A stretch of DNA of 64,000 nt, from NCBI GenBank assembly GCA_050273025.1, contig CP158635.1, positions 28,768,001-28,832,000 on the forward strand. Reading direction: 5' to 3'. Position 1 is the stretch's first letter; each line of letters starts with the position of its first letter. A model generated the notes under the pieces. It ran no database searches and was not told the origin of the DNA. It saw nothing but the letters and a program-made list of their open reading frames with translations. The DNA is from Cenococcum geophilum (taxonomy: Eukaryota). Below are positions 1 through 12,231 of the stretch, piece after piece. A program made the position numbers and the translations under genes.

Positions 1-430
1 TGCAGAGCTTCGTGCAGAGCTTCGTGCAGAGCTTCGTGCAGAGCTTCGTGCAGAGCCTCGTGCAGAGCTTCGAGCAGAGCTTCGAGCAGAGCTTCAAGTA
101 GAGCTTCGAGCAGAGCTTCGAGCAGAGCTTCAAGTAGAGCTTCGGGCAGAGCTTCGACCAGAGCTTCGACCAGAGCTTCGACCAGAGCTTTAAGTAGAGC
201 TTCAAGCAGAGCTTCGAGCAGAGCTTTGAGCAGAGCTTCGCGCAGAGCTTCGTGTAGAGCTTTGAGCAGAGCCTCGTGCAGAGCTTCGTGCAGAGCCTTA
301 TGCAGAGCTTCGAGCAGAGCCTTGTGCAGAGCTTTAAGCAAAGCCTTATGCAGAGCTTTAAGTAGAGCCTTGTATAGAACTTTATATAGAGCCTTATATA
401 GAGCTTTATATAGAGCTTTATATAAATATA
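1..430. repeat. 12-bp tandem minisatellite (consensus tcgWgcagagct), decaying by RIP-type changes toward the 3' end
   Basis: Visible period-12 units gcagagcttcgt/gcagagcttcga/ccagagcttcga; later units read atagagctttat (CpA>TpA, TpG>TpA). Confidence 0.95.
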
Positions 431-530
431 TAGGCGTATAGATATATATTTTATACTAGTAATTAATTATAAAATTTATAAAAATAATTATATAGGAAAT
501 TATATAGTTATTTATTTATTTATTTATTTA

Positions 531-1750
531 TAGTAAGGCTAATAATACTATACGGCTCCTAGATCTGGGGCCTGGGACTAGATAGTAAGGTATTAATAAA
601 AAGCTCCCTAGCGCTACTAGTTAAGCTATAAAACTAGTACCTATATAGAACTATAGGGGCCTATAGGAGAATACTACGCGCTATACTAGAATATAAAGTA
701 GTAGTTTTACTAGTAGACTTATATATTAATATAACTACTATATAGAGATTAGTTATAGTATAAGGCTACCTAGTAAAAGAAAATATATACTAAATACTAA
801 AACGTATATAAGGAGCGAAGGTCCCTTAAAAAGGCAATACGCCTAAGTATACTAGCTAGGAAGCCCTCTACCTATAGATAATAGAGAGAGAGAAAAATAT
901 ATATAGAAATTACTAGCTTACTAGGCGGAGACCTAGCGCCGTACTAGTAGAGTACTATTATAGTAATAGAGGATAAGAGGCTATTAGTATAGATAGAGAT
1001 CTACTATACTTATCGCAAGATAGGTAGACCTTAAATAGAAGCGATAATAGAAGGAGGTAGTAAAAATATAAGACGTAGCTATATAGAATACCCTATAGTT
1101 AATACTAATGCTCCCCCTATATAAAAGACTAATAGAGGTAAAATCTATAGCCGCCTTCCTACTACGGATAGAGATTTTAAGCCTAAATATATAGCTAGTA
1201 AATATCTATATTCTAAATACTATACCTTAATATACTTATAGATAGCCTATTTAGTTAGTATACTATATACTACTTTTTTATAGCTACTGCTTAGTAAGGT
1301 ACTAGCTATTTATAAATATAGGTATAAATAATATTACCTATACTCTTTATAAGTAGGGGCCTATAAATAGTATTAAAATAGCTTATAGGCTAAGGAGTTC
1401 TTTAGTAGTTCTAAATAGTATATAAGATCTAATAGGAGGACACTAAAGGATATGCCCCCTTTAGCCCCTTAGAGACTAAATACCGCCGCCTAGCTATAGG
1501 TAGTACGCTAGTAAATTACCAGATACTTCTACTACCCCCCCTAAATCTTCTAATATACCTAAAAAGTATAGTATATAAGGTAGACCTAAATATATAAAAA
1601 TATATTAGTTTGGTAAAGGTAAAACGTATAGAACTAGCTAAAAGGAAATACTTAGGGTTTTACCCCTTTAGGGCCTTTTCCTATATAGAAAGGTAAAAGC
1701 CTATAAAGACCTAAATAGGGACTAAATTACGCAATGAATATAATTAATAT
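531..1750 (+). mobile_element. 5'-truncated, RIP-degenerate LINE (Tad1-like) copy L1: RNase H region and 3' end
   Basis: Colinear with 9798-11020 and inverted-homologous to 2311-4085; ends in the family 3' motif (ggaaaagg...gacctaaa..gggactaaatt). Confidence 0.8.
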
Positions 1751-1799
1751 AAATATTTATAAAGATATTTAAAACTTTATATTAAGCTTTAAGCTTAAG

Positions 1800-2310
1800 T
1801 ATATAATTATTATATTAATCCTATTTATTGCCTAATTTAGTTCCTTTTTAAATTTATATATACTTCTACCTTTCTATATAGGAAAAGGCCCTATAAGGGG
1901 GAAAACCTAAGTATTTCCTTTTGGCTAGTTCTATACGTTTTACCTTTACTAAACTAATATATCTTTATATCTTTAGGTCTACCTTATATACTATACTTTC
2001 TAGGTATATTAGAAGATCTAAAGGGGGGGTAGTAAAAGTATCTAGTAATTCGCTAGCGTGCTACTTACAGCTAGGTAGGGGTATTTAGTCTTTAAGGGGC
2101 TAGAAAATAGCGTATCCTTTAGTATCCTCCTATTAGATCTTATATACTATTTAGAACTACTAAAGAACTTCTTAGCCTATAAGCTATTTTACTACTACTT
2201 ATAGGCCTCTACTTATAGAGAGTATCTAAGTAATATAATTTATACCTACGTTAGTAAATAGCTAGTCCCTTATTAAGCGATAGCTATAAAAAAGTAGTAT
2301 ATAGTATACT
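1800..2310 (-). mobile_element. 3' fragment of the same LINE family (L2), tail-to-tail with L1
   Basis: Reverse complement of ~1260-1745; homology stops at 2310 where the (att)n tail of the next copy begins. Confidence 0.75.
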
Positions 2311-3213
2311 ATTATTATTAATTCTATTTATTACCCAATTTAGTCCATTTTTAGGTCTATATAGGCTTCTACCTTTTAATATAGGAAAAAGCCCTATAAG
2401 GGGGAAAACCTAAGTATTTCCTTTTAGCTAGTTTTACGCGTTTCGCCTTTACCTAGCTAGTATATCTTTATATCTTTTAGTCTGCCTTATATACTATACT
2501 TCTTAAATATATTAGAAGATCTAAAAGGAGGTAGTAGAAGAGTCTAGCGATTTGCTAATAAGCCGCCTATAATTAGGCGGGGGTATTTAGTCCTTAAGGG
2601 GCTAGAATAGGGCGTATCCTTTAGTATCCTCCTATTAGATCTTATATACTATTTAAAACTATTAAAGAATTCCTTAGTATATAAGCTATTTTACTACTAT
2701 CTATAGGCCTCTACTTATAGAGAGTATTTAGGTATTATTATTTATGCCTATACTAGTAAGTAGCTAGTCCCTTACTAAGCGGTAGCTATAGAATAGTAGT
2801 ATATAGCGTATTAACTAAATAGGCCACCCGTATATATATTAAGGTAAGGTATTTAGAATATAGATGCTTATTAGCTATATATTTAGGCCTAAAACCTTTA
2901 TCTATAGTAGAAAGGCGGCTATATATTTTACCTTTATTAGTATTAACTATAGGGTGTTCTTTATAGCTACGTCTTATATTTTCGCTTCTATTTAAGATCT
3001 ATCTATCTTATAATTAGTGTAGTAGATCTCTATCTATATTAATAACCTCCTATCCTCTATTACCATTATAGCGCTCTACTAGTATAGCGCTAGGTCTTTA
3101 CCTAATAAGCTAGTAATTTCTATATTTCCTTTTCTCTTTTTACTACTTATAGGTAGCGGGCTTCCTAGCTAGTATATTTAGGCGTATCGCCCCTTTAAGG
3201 GGCTATTGCTTTA

Positions 3214-3781
3214 GGGCGTGTTTAGTTGCAGCTCTAGATTGAATCTGGAGGCTTTAGAACCGAGTTAATCTGGAGCCTTAATCTGATCTAGAGGTGTCTG
3301 TTTGGTTAATTTGGCGACTTTCTAATCTAGAGCTCCTTTAGATCGGCAACCGCGTTAAATTCGCACGCTTTACCGTATATAGTAGTTGAACTTGAGCTCT
3401 TGGCGTTAGATTAATCTGGAGCTTTTTTCTCTAGATTAATTGTTAAGTTAAATCTGGAGCTCTGCTCGTGTGTTTGCCTACCATACCCCTAACCGCTACT
3501 ACCCTTACTGACGATAAATTACTACTGCAACTGTAGGCCTACATGATGTCCTCTTAATTAATTCTTATTGTTACTGTTTAGATCTAACTAGGTAGAAGAC
3601 GTTGCTAATCCTAAGCCCCATCTAAGGCCTTTTATTAGAACGATTAACTGAACAGTTGGCTTTATTTTAGATTGAGTACGACCACTAGATTAAGCGCCAC
3701 TAATTATCTTCTAATTGACGCCGGTGAAAGCACGGATTAACGTTAGATTGAAAAGGCTCCAGATTGCAACCGAATACGCCC
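3214..3781. mobile_element. 568-bp PIF/Harbinger-type (Tourist-like) MITE inserted in LINE L3
   Basis: TIRs gggcgtgtttagttgca / tgcaaccgaatacgccc; TTA duplicated at 3211-3213 and 3782-3784; empty site visible in paralog L4 near 10085-10110. Confidence 0.9.
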
Positions 3782-6536
3782 TTATATATATATCTCGTTC
3801 CTTATATATATATTAGTATTTATTATATATTTTCTTTTATTAGATAGCTTTATACTATAACTGCTCTTTATATAGTAGTTAAGTTAATATATAAGTCTAG
3901 TAGGAGAACTACTACTTCGCGTTCTAGTACGGCGCGTAGTATTCTCCTATAGGCCCCTATAGTTCTATATAGGTACTAGTTTTATAGCTTAGCTAATAGC
4001 GCTAGAAAGCTTTTTACTAGTACCTTACTACCTAGTTCTAGGCCCTAGATCTAAGAGCTGTATAGCACTATTAGCCTTACTACTGCTATATATAGTAGGC
4101 GTATATATTTAAAAGGGAGTCTCTATATTAAAGTAGTAATTTATAATACTATTAAAAATACTACTACTCCTCTATAAGTTGCCTATATAATATACTCGTT
4201 CTGGTTTAACCTAAAGTCTACCTAAACCCCTAAGACCTTAAGGGTAACTTCTAGTTTTACTTCGCAGCTCTAGATATTTACTATTAAAGCTAGATCACTA
4301 CTTAATTTTTTCCCCTTATAAAGTAGATAAGCCAGTATTTATCTGGTACGAATTTAGCGCTATATTGTTTTGCCTATATAATATACCTATTATATACCTA
4401 GTTTAGCCTAGTATAGTTTTCTACTACTATATTTCCCTATATAATTAGATTTATATTATCTATAAATTTTAGGACTATTATATCCTAGCTATTATTATAT
4501 ATCTCTAGTAGTTTAAATATAAAGAAAAAAATTAGAATTAGAATTAGGGGTAATCTCTATAGAATACCTATAGGTATTAGTATTAATTCGCTTTTATAGC
4601 CCTTAAATATAATTTTTATAGTACGCCCTATTAGAAAGGCTTAGATAAACTTAATTATCTAGTTTAGTAGGCCCTTATTTCTTAGGATCTATAAAAGTCT
4701 CTTATATAATATATTCTAGATAAGCTTACTATACCGCTTAAATACTAGAGGTAATTAGGGAGAGGGCTAAAAGGGTCGATTTTTTCTTTCTTACGCCTAT
4801 TTATATCTACGGTAGTGGCTCCTATACTTCCGCTGCTTCTTATATACGTTCTATAACTATCTTTTCTAAAAGCCTTTTTAGGGTTAGTAGCTTTCTAAAA
4901 TAGAGTAGTCTTTTTTTATACCTTTTATAAAACGACTATAGTTATTACTTTAAAGTATTTAAGTAGTTCGCCTCTCTAAAGGTAGGCAGTTATAGCGTTA
5001 GCGAGTAGTATTACTAACGCTTCTACTATAGCTCTAATTGCCTTATTTAGCCTTAACGCTTTACTAGTAGGGAGCTTTAATATAGCGTCTTTTATTTCTT
5101 TTACTAATATTATATAACTTATTTTAATAGGTAAGGGGTAGAATTAGCTACTAATATTCTATAGATCTGCTTAGCCCGCGCCTAGAAAAAACCTCTCTAC
5201 TAATATTTTAATTTTTCCTCGTTATTATTTATATACTAGTCCTATTCTATTTAATAAAGTATAAGTAGGTAAAAGTTACCTAGCGTCTCTCTAGCAGCTT
5301 GCCTATTTTACTTTAATTTACGCTAGAGTCTCTTATTATATAGTTTAGTAGGGTTTAAGGTAATTTCTTTTAGGAATTAGCGCTAGCTATTTCTACCCTC
5401 CTTTTATATTATCTTCTTAGGCCTATTCTTTAGGGCCTTATAGCTCTATTAGTAGTAGGCTTTATTTAATACGCTATACTATCGCCTTGCCCTTTTTACG
5501 CCTATAAGTAGCTAGGCCGTCTCTAGCGACTATTTATAGTAGGCGTATTTTCTAGGCTAGGCCTTTAAGTAATATTCTTCTAAGCAGTTACTTATAATCC
5601 TTTAAGTATCCTCTAATAATACCTAGGGTATAGCTACTAGCCTATTAATAACTTCCTAGGCATACTTTTTTAAGTTAAATTTCTTAGTAGCGTATCTCTA
5701 GCGAGTTTGTTACGCTAGTACGGCGATATTAAGTATTATCCATATAGGTATATAGTCTAAGATAATTACCTATATACCTTCTAGTCCGTAAAGCGCTAGT
5801 TAGTTTATAAGTATTTCTTATATAAATATAAGGTCGATTAGACTCTTTTAGGTTCCTCTTTTCTAGGTAGGCTTGCCTATTAAGGTAGTTAAAGTAAGGC
5901 CCCACGTTTTAAGCTTATTTAGTAGGTAAGTCACCTATACTTTAGCTATAGCCTACTATCCTTACTACGCTATATAGTATGCGTTAAAATTTTCTAGGAC
6001 TATTACCTTGCCTTTTACTATATTAATAGTATATTAAAATAGTCCCTATATAGCAATTTAGGGTTTATTATCCCTTAGGTTATAAACGTTAATTATACTA
6101 ATTTAGCTCCTATTAGTAACTTCTTATAGTTTACCTATATTAGGGCTAATAGTATAGTAGCTCTATACCTATATATTAATGCATTAACTAAGTAGCTAGG
6201 TTTGGTTTAAATAGAAGGTAGTATCCTTTTATTTAGTATATTTTGCGTAGTTATTTATTATACGCCGGTTCCTATAGGGCTATTTTCTAATACTCTTTTA
6301 GGTCTAGGCTATTAAATAAAAGACATATTACTTTATAGTTTAAGTATCCGTAGTTATATTATACTATTGTTAATCTTTTTTATAATATTAGTTAGTTTAG
6401 TAACTTATAGGTATCTTCTATTTGCCTTTAGGGCGTCTTATTAAGGACTATTATAATTAGAATTCTTTACTAGGGTAGGCCTTTAGTAGTATTAGTACTA
6501 CCTTATAGGCGTCCTATGCTCTCCTTTACTACTAGC

Positions 6537-6786
6537 TGTTATGGAAGTAGGCACGAGCTGGAATACAATATACTAAACAGGGTAGTAATTAAAGAAGGCT
6601 ATATACGTATAACTATGCGTGGTTAATATAAAGACATTTGGATAAAGAAAAAGAATCTTTATGTGCTAGGTACGAGTATAAATAGGGGTTGTAGGTGAAC
6701 GTGCGTAGGTGTCTTAGGACGAATGTAAGCATAGGTTAAGAACGTTAAAACGCGTAGGGATGTGAGAACGTATGAGTCCCGTAACA
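6537..6786. mobile_element. Solo LTR (250 bp) inserted in LINE L3
   Basis: TG...CA termini (tgttatgga / cccgtaaca) flanked by 5-bp TSD ctagc (6532-6536, 6787-6791). Confidence 0.85.
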
Positions 6787-8220
6787 CTAGCTAGGTAAAG
6801 GGTGCCCCTATTAAGGTTAGTACCTTAAATCTCTTTCTTTATATAACTATTTAACCGCTATTACTTGCCCTACTTAGTCCTTTCCCCTTATATATATTTC
6901 CTTATAGCTTAGTTATAACCTAGTATAATTAGGTTTATCTTATTCTAATAAACTTTAGGTATACTTAGAAGGTTTTATATACCGTCTTCTGCTATACTTT
7001 ATATCCTTTACTATAGTTTACGTATTTAGCTCCCTTATCCTTAAGGTAGTTTTTCGTCTTATATATATTAGCGCATCGCCTATACCCTTCCTATCTCCTA
7101 TATACGCTCTAGGTATAGCCTTACTACTAGTATTTAAAGTATTAGCGGACTTAGACTACGTAGTAGTATAGCCAGACTTTATACTATAGGCTATTTATAA
7201 CTATTCCTTTATAGGCTACTACCGCCTATATCTCCTAAGTTAGTAGGTTAATTATTAAGGTACTGCGTATTTTAACTCTTTAGAACCCTAGTAATACCCC
7301 TATATATATTATATATACTCTATAAAGCTATATAACCCTAAATATTATAATTCCTAAGACTGGTTTTTTTAGTAGCCTTTATAATCTTTTAGATAAGTTA
7401 TAAGTTTATAGCGCCTTACCCGCTTTCTACTTATATATTAAGGGGTACCCCAATTACTTTAACTGGGTAGTCCTAACGGAGGATCTTATACTTAAGGGTA
7501 TCTCCCTAGGTAATAGCCTAGTTCTTTACCTATTAGTTAAGGAGTATAACCTTTACGTTACTACTATATAAGACCCTTACTACTACTGCCTTTAGTATAT
7601 ATACTCTAATTAATATAAGGATCTATTCTAGCTCTACTCTTACTAACTTTAATATTTAGACCCTAACTATAGACCTTATAGGTGCTATATTAGGTAGGCG
7701 CTAGAGGGACACTAATTAGGTATTAATAGCAATATTAGCCTATAAGGGCTTTATTAGGTACGTTATTAGTATTCCCTATAATTTTATAACATCTTTAATA
7801 CGCCTAAGCCTATTCTCTACGGCGTTCTAGTTTCTATTATACTTTATCTATAGCTCCTAAACAATTTATCCTACTATTAAGCCGTACACGCTACCCCTAC
7901 GCGTAGGTATTTATCTTCTCTTTTTCCTAAATCTTCTTTAATATCTTTTAGGATATTTATAAGTTCCTACTATTTCTAGTCGTTATTCTTTAGTTATTAT
8001 AGTTATATCGCCCCCTATTAGGTTTAATATAGTATTAAAATTTTCTATATAGTATCTTACCTTTAAGTCTACGTTAACCCTCCTATATTGCGTAGGCTTT
8101 CCAGTTATGCTATATATATTAGTTCTAGGGTATAATATGCCGTAGATTTAATTAGGAGTGGTTGTTTCTTTATTAAGTAAGTAGTAGACGTGTTCTACTA
8201 CTATAGCGGCTTTTTATCAA

Positions 8221-8940
8221 GTTTAATTATAAGATTAAATATAAACCTAGTAAGTTAAACCTAGTAAATAGTCTATTATAGTACTTAAACTATATAAAAG
8301 AGATTTAAAAAGGCAGTAAAAGGATAATCCTTAATACTATACTATTAATAATATAGTAAAAGTTATGGATAATAAGCCTTATAGAAGGTTTATCTAGTAC
8401 TACTATACTAACTATACTATAAAAAGTATATAAGTGATCTTTATAACTATAGTACTAATAAGCTAAGGTACTCTATTATAATAACTTATAAGTAGTATAT
8501 ATATTATATAATATACTTACTAGTATAGACTTTATATAGAGTCTTATACTATAGTAAAAAGTAATAGTAATAACTTTTAAGGAAGAACTTTCTAAACTAC
8601 TTTAAAACTATATTTAAATAGTATAGGATAAGGTTACTAATTCTTATACTATTTATAAGAAGTTATAAGGGGGGGGAATGCCTATTAGTATAAAAGTTTT
8701 TTTTAAATTAAAACAATCTTATATAATAAAAGAGTAAAGTTTTAATACTAAAAATTATTTTACTTTATTAAAAGATCCTTTAAAGGAATTATAATAATTC
8801 TATAACAGGCCATTATAGCTTTAATTATACTTATAAGGTAATTATATAAAAGTATATTTAAGATATACTTTTAAAAGACCTTTATAGAGATTTAAATTAA
8901 TATAATACCTATTAATGTTTTAAAACTTATTACTATATAC
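8221..8940 (+). pseudogene. Heavily RIPped Gypsy pol fragment (RNase H end to integrase HHCC zinc finger)
   Basis: 8222ff reads FNYKIKYKPSKLNLVNSLL*YLNY (RIP of F.Y.I.YKPGK.NPADGLSRRPDY); ~8790-8830 resembles HD...AGH.G. Confidence 0.55.
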
Positions 8941-8949
8941 TTATAGCAC

Positions 8950-11020
8950 CCTAAAAAAGCTTCTAGAAAAGATAGTTATAAAACGTATATATGAAGCGAT
9001 AGAAGTATAGAATCTGCTACTATAGACATAAATAGGCGTAAGAAAGAAAAGATCGACTCTCTTAGCCCTTTCCCTAATTACCTCTTATATTTAAGCGGTA
9101 TAGTAAGCTTACCTAGAATATACCGTATTTATGCTAAGCCTAGACCTAAGCGGAGTATTAGATAATATATTCTATAAGAAACTTCTATAAATTTTAAGAA
9201 ATAAAGGCCTACTAGATTAGATAATTAAGTTTATCTAAGCCTTTCTAAGAGGGTATACTATAAAAATTATAATTAAGGGCTATAAAAGCGAATTAATACT
9301 AATACATATAGGTATCTTATAGGGATTACCCCTATTACTAATTCGATTCCTTTTCTTTATATTTAAACTACTAGAGATATATAATAATAGCTAGGATATA
9401 ATAGTCCTAGGATTTATAAATAATATAAATCTAATTATATAGGAAAATATAGTAGTAGAAAACTATATTAGGCTAAACTAGGCGTATAATAGGTATATTA
9501 TATAGGTAAAATAATACAGCGCTAAATTCGTATTAGATAAATATTAGCTTATCTACTTTATAAGGAAAAGGAGAGTAAGTAGTAACCTAGCCTTAATAGT
9601 AAATATCTAAGGCTATAAAGTAAAACTAGAAGCTACCCTTAAGGTCCTAGGGGTTTAGGTAAACTCTAGGTTAAACTAAAACGAGTATATTATATAGACT
9701 ACTTATAAAGAAGCAGTAGTATTTTTGGCAGTATTATAAATTACTACCTTAATATAGGGACCCTCTTTTAAATATATACGCCTACTATATATAGTAGTAG
9801 TAAGGCTAATAATACTATACGGCTCCTAGGTCTAGGGCCTAGGGCTAGGTAGTAAGGTATTAATAAAAATCTCTTTAGCGCCACTAGCTAAGCTATAAAA
9901 CTAGTACCTATATAGAACTATAGGGGCCTATAGAAGAATACTACGCGCTATACTAGAATATAAAGTAGTAGTTCTACTACTGGACTTATATATTAACTTA
10001 ACTATTATATAGAGAGCAGTTATAGTATAAGGCTACCTAGTAGAAGAAAATATATAATATATACTAAAATATATATAAGGAACGAGATATATATATAAAG
10101 CAATAGCCCCTTAAAGGGGCGATACGCCTAAATATATTAGTTAGGAAGCCCTCTACCTATAAGTAGTAGAGAGAGAAAAGGAATATAGAAACTATTAGCT
10201 TACTAGGTAGAGACCTAGCGCTATACTAGTAGAGCGCTATAATAGTAATAGAAAATAGAAGGTTACTAATATAGATAGAGATTTACTATACTAATTATAA
10301 GATAGGTAGATCTTAAATAGAAGCAATAATAGAAGAAGGTAGTAAAAATATAAAACGTAGCTATATAGAATACCCTATAGTTAATACTAACTCTCTCCCT
10401 ATATAAAGGACTAATAAAGGTAAAATCTATAGCTGCCTTTCTACTATAGATAAAGGTCTTAGGTCTAAATATATAGCTAGCATCTATATTTTTAAATATC
10501 TTACCTTAATATATATACGGGTGGCCTATTTAGTTAGTATACTATATATTACTATTCTACAGCTACCGCTTTGTAAGGAACTAGCTACTTACTAGTGTAG
10601 GTATAAATAATATTGCTTAGATACTCTCTATAAGTAGGGGCTTATAGGTAGAGGTAAAATAGCTTATAGGTAAAGGAATTCTTTAGTAGTTTTAAATAGC
10701 ATATAAGATATAATAAGAGAACACTAAATAATACGCCCTATTCTAGCCCCTTAAGGACTAAATATCCCCGCCTAGCTATAGGCGGCTTACTAGCGAATTA
10801 CTAGACCTTCCTACTACCCCCTTTAGATCTTCTAATATACTTAGAAAGTATAGTATATAAGGTAGACTAGAAGATATAAAGATATACTAGCTAGGCGAAG
10901 ATAGAACGAGTAGGACTAGCTAAAAGGAAATACTTAGGGTTTTCCCCTTATAGGGCTTTTTCCTATATAGACCTAAAAAGGGACCAAATTGGGTAATAAA
11001 TAGAATTAATAATAATAATT
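8950..11020 (+). mobile_element. 5'-truncated LINE copy L4 (RT, RNase H, 3' UTR with (AAT)n tail)
   Basis: RT motifs LSLDLSGxxDN (~9134), GI(P)(Q)G(S)PL(S)(P) (~9311), GF(VDD)xNL (~9410); tail aataataataat at ~11008-11020. Confidence 0.85.
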
Positions 11021-11104
11021 ATATAGGCGGTTATATAGCTAATTATAGAACCTTCCTAGTATATTAGTGCTATGTGTTAGTAGAGCTTTAAAGCTCCATA
11101 TAAG

Positions 11105-11680
11105 GTTTTGAGCAGAGCTTCGAGCAGAGCCTTGTGTAGAGCCTTGTGCAGAGCTTCGAGCAGAGCCTTGTGCAAAGCTTTGAGCAGAGCCTCGTGCAGA
11201 GCCTCGTGCAGAGCTTCGTGCAGAGCTTCGAGCAGCTTCGAGCAGAGCTTCGAGCAGAGCTTCGACCAGACCCTCGACCAGAGCTTCGACCAGAGCTTCA
11301 AGCAGACCCTCGACCAGAGCTTCGAGCAGGCCCTCGACCAGAGCTTCGACCAGACCCTCGACCAGAGCTTCGACCAGAGCTTCGACCAGACCCTCGACCA
11401 GACCCTCGACCAGACCCTCGACCAGACCTTCGATCAGACCTTCGACCAGACCTTCGACCAGACCTTCAAGCAGAGCCTCGTGCAGAGCTTTATATAGAGC
11501 TTTGTATAGGCATTCGTGCAGGCGTTCGTGCAGGCGTTCGTGCAGGCGTTCGTGCAGGCGTTCGTGCAGGCGTTCGTGCAGGCGTTCGTGCAGGCGTTCG
11601 TGCAGGCGTTCGTGCAGGCGTTCGTGCAGGCGTTCGTGCAGGCGTTCGTGCAGGCTTTTGTGCAGGCGTTTGTGCAGGTA
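11105..11680. repeat. Compound 12-bp tandem array (gcagagcttcga / ccagaccctcga / gcaggcgttcgt variants)
   Basis: Period-12 units in three sub-domains; same family as 1-430. Confidence 0.95.
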
Positions 11681-12053
11681 GCGGAGGAGCAATAAAGCAG
11701 GTAATAAGGCCCAGAGTTAGTCTAGATACAATATATTAGCTATTTAGGTGTTTATCTACTCTAAATATTAATATAGGAGGTTAAATATTAAGAATTAGTG
11801 GCTCTAGCTGAATGTTTACTATTTTGGTGGTAATATTTTAGGCGAAACGTAGCGGTAACCACCAGGCCGTTCGCAATAATTTTGGCAGCGTTGGAATCGC
11901 CTTATAAAGTTCTAGAACATAACATTGGCCGATTGTTTATAAAGGCGTTAGTTTATTGTTAATTAATGGCTAAAAAATTAGTATGGCGCGCGAGTTTGTA
12001 TAAGGATTATATATAAATTAGCGCGCGGGACTAACAAATTTCCGAACCGTGTA

Positions 12054-12120
12054 CCAGACGATCATCATTATAAGCTGATTAATCTTTATGTAAGCAGCTT
12101 GTGATTGGATGATCGTCTGG
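12054..12120. other. 67-nt inverted repeat (hairpin) at the junction with a truncated LTR; probable terminus of an unidentified element
   Basis: ccagacgatcatc...gatgatcgtctgg perfect 13-bp stem plus inner attataagctg/cagcttgtgat stem. Confidence 0.6.
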
Positions 12121-12130
12121 GACCGAGATA

Positions 12131-12231
12131 AATTACCTCCTTACGCCCTCGACCCTTACGATCGATCGCGCAACGTCTTATAGACTCCTTGAATACATAC
12201 GCTTTGTAGCCACTACCCCCATCCTATAACA
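12131..12231 (+). repeat. Truncated 5' LTR of Gypsy A (3' part only)
   Basis: Near-identical to 28226-28325; ends cctataaca. Confidence 0.85.

Larger units (their letters stand above)
2311..8220 (-). mobile_element. Near full-length RIP-degenerate LINE (Tad1-like) L3: ORF1 with zinc knuckles, ORF2 with AP endonuclease, RT and RNase H
   Basis: Minus strand ~6000 reads VLENFNAYY (RIP of VLGDFNAHH, APE motif); RT region 4400-4720 is the inverse of 9130-9450; (AAT)n tail at 2311; 5' limit approximate. Confidence 0.8.

Noticed and set aside
226..441. 71-aa ORF (RALC/RASS repeats)
   Set aside because: Translation of the 12-bp minisatellite; non-ATG start and no other coding evidence
8221..8940. 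Helitron PIF1 helicase remnant
   Set aside because: Better explained by Gypsy RNase H-end and integrase zinc-finger motifs
1..11680. CRISPR-like array
   Set aside because: Repeats are contiguous with no unique spacers, no cas genes, and the context is a fungal RIP region
11039..11739. Four overlapping ORFs of 74-217 aa with tetrapeptide repeats
   Set aside because: By-product of a stop-free 12-bp unit, open in several frames on both strands
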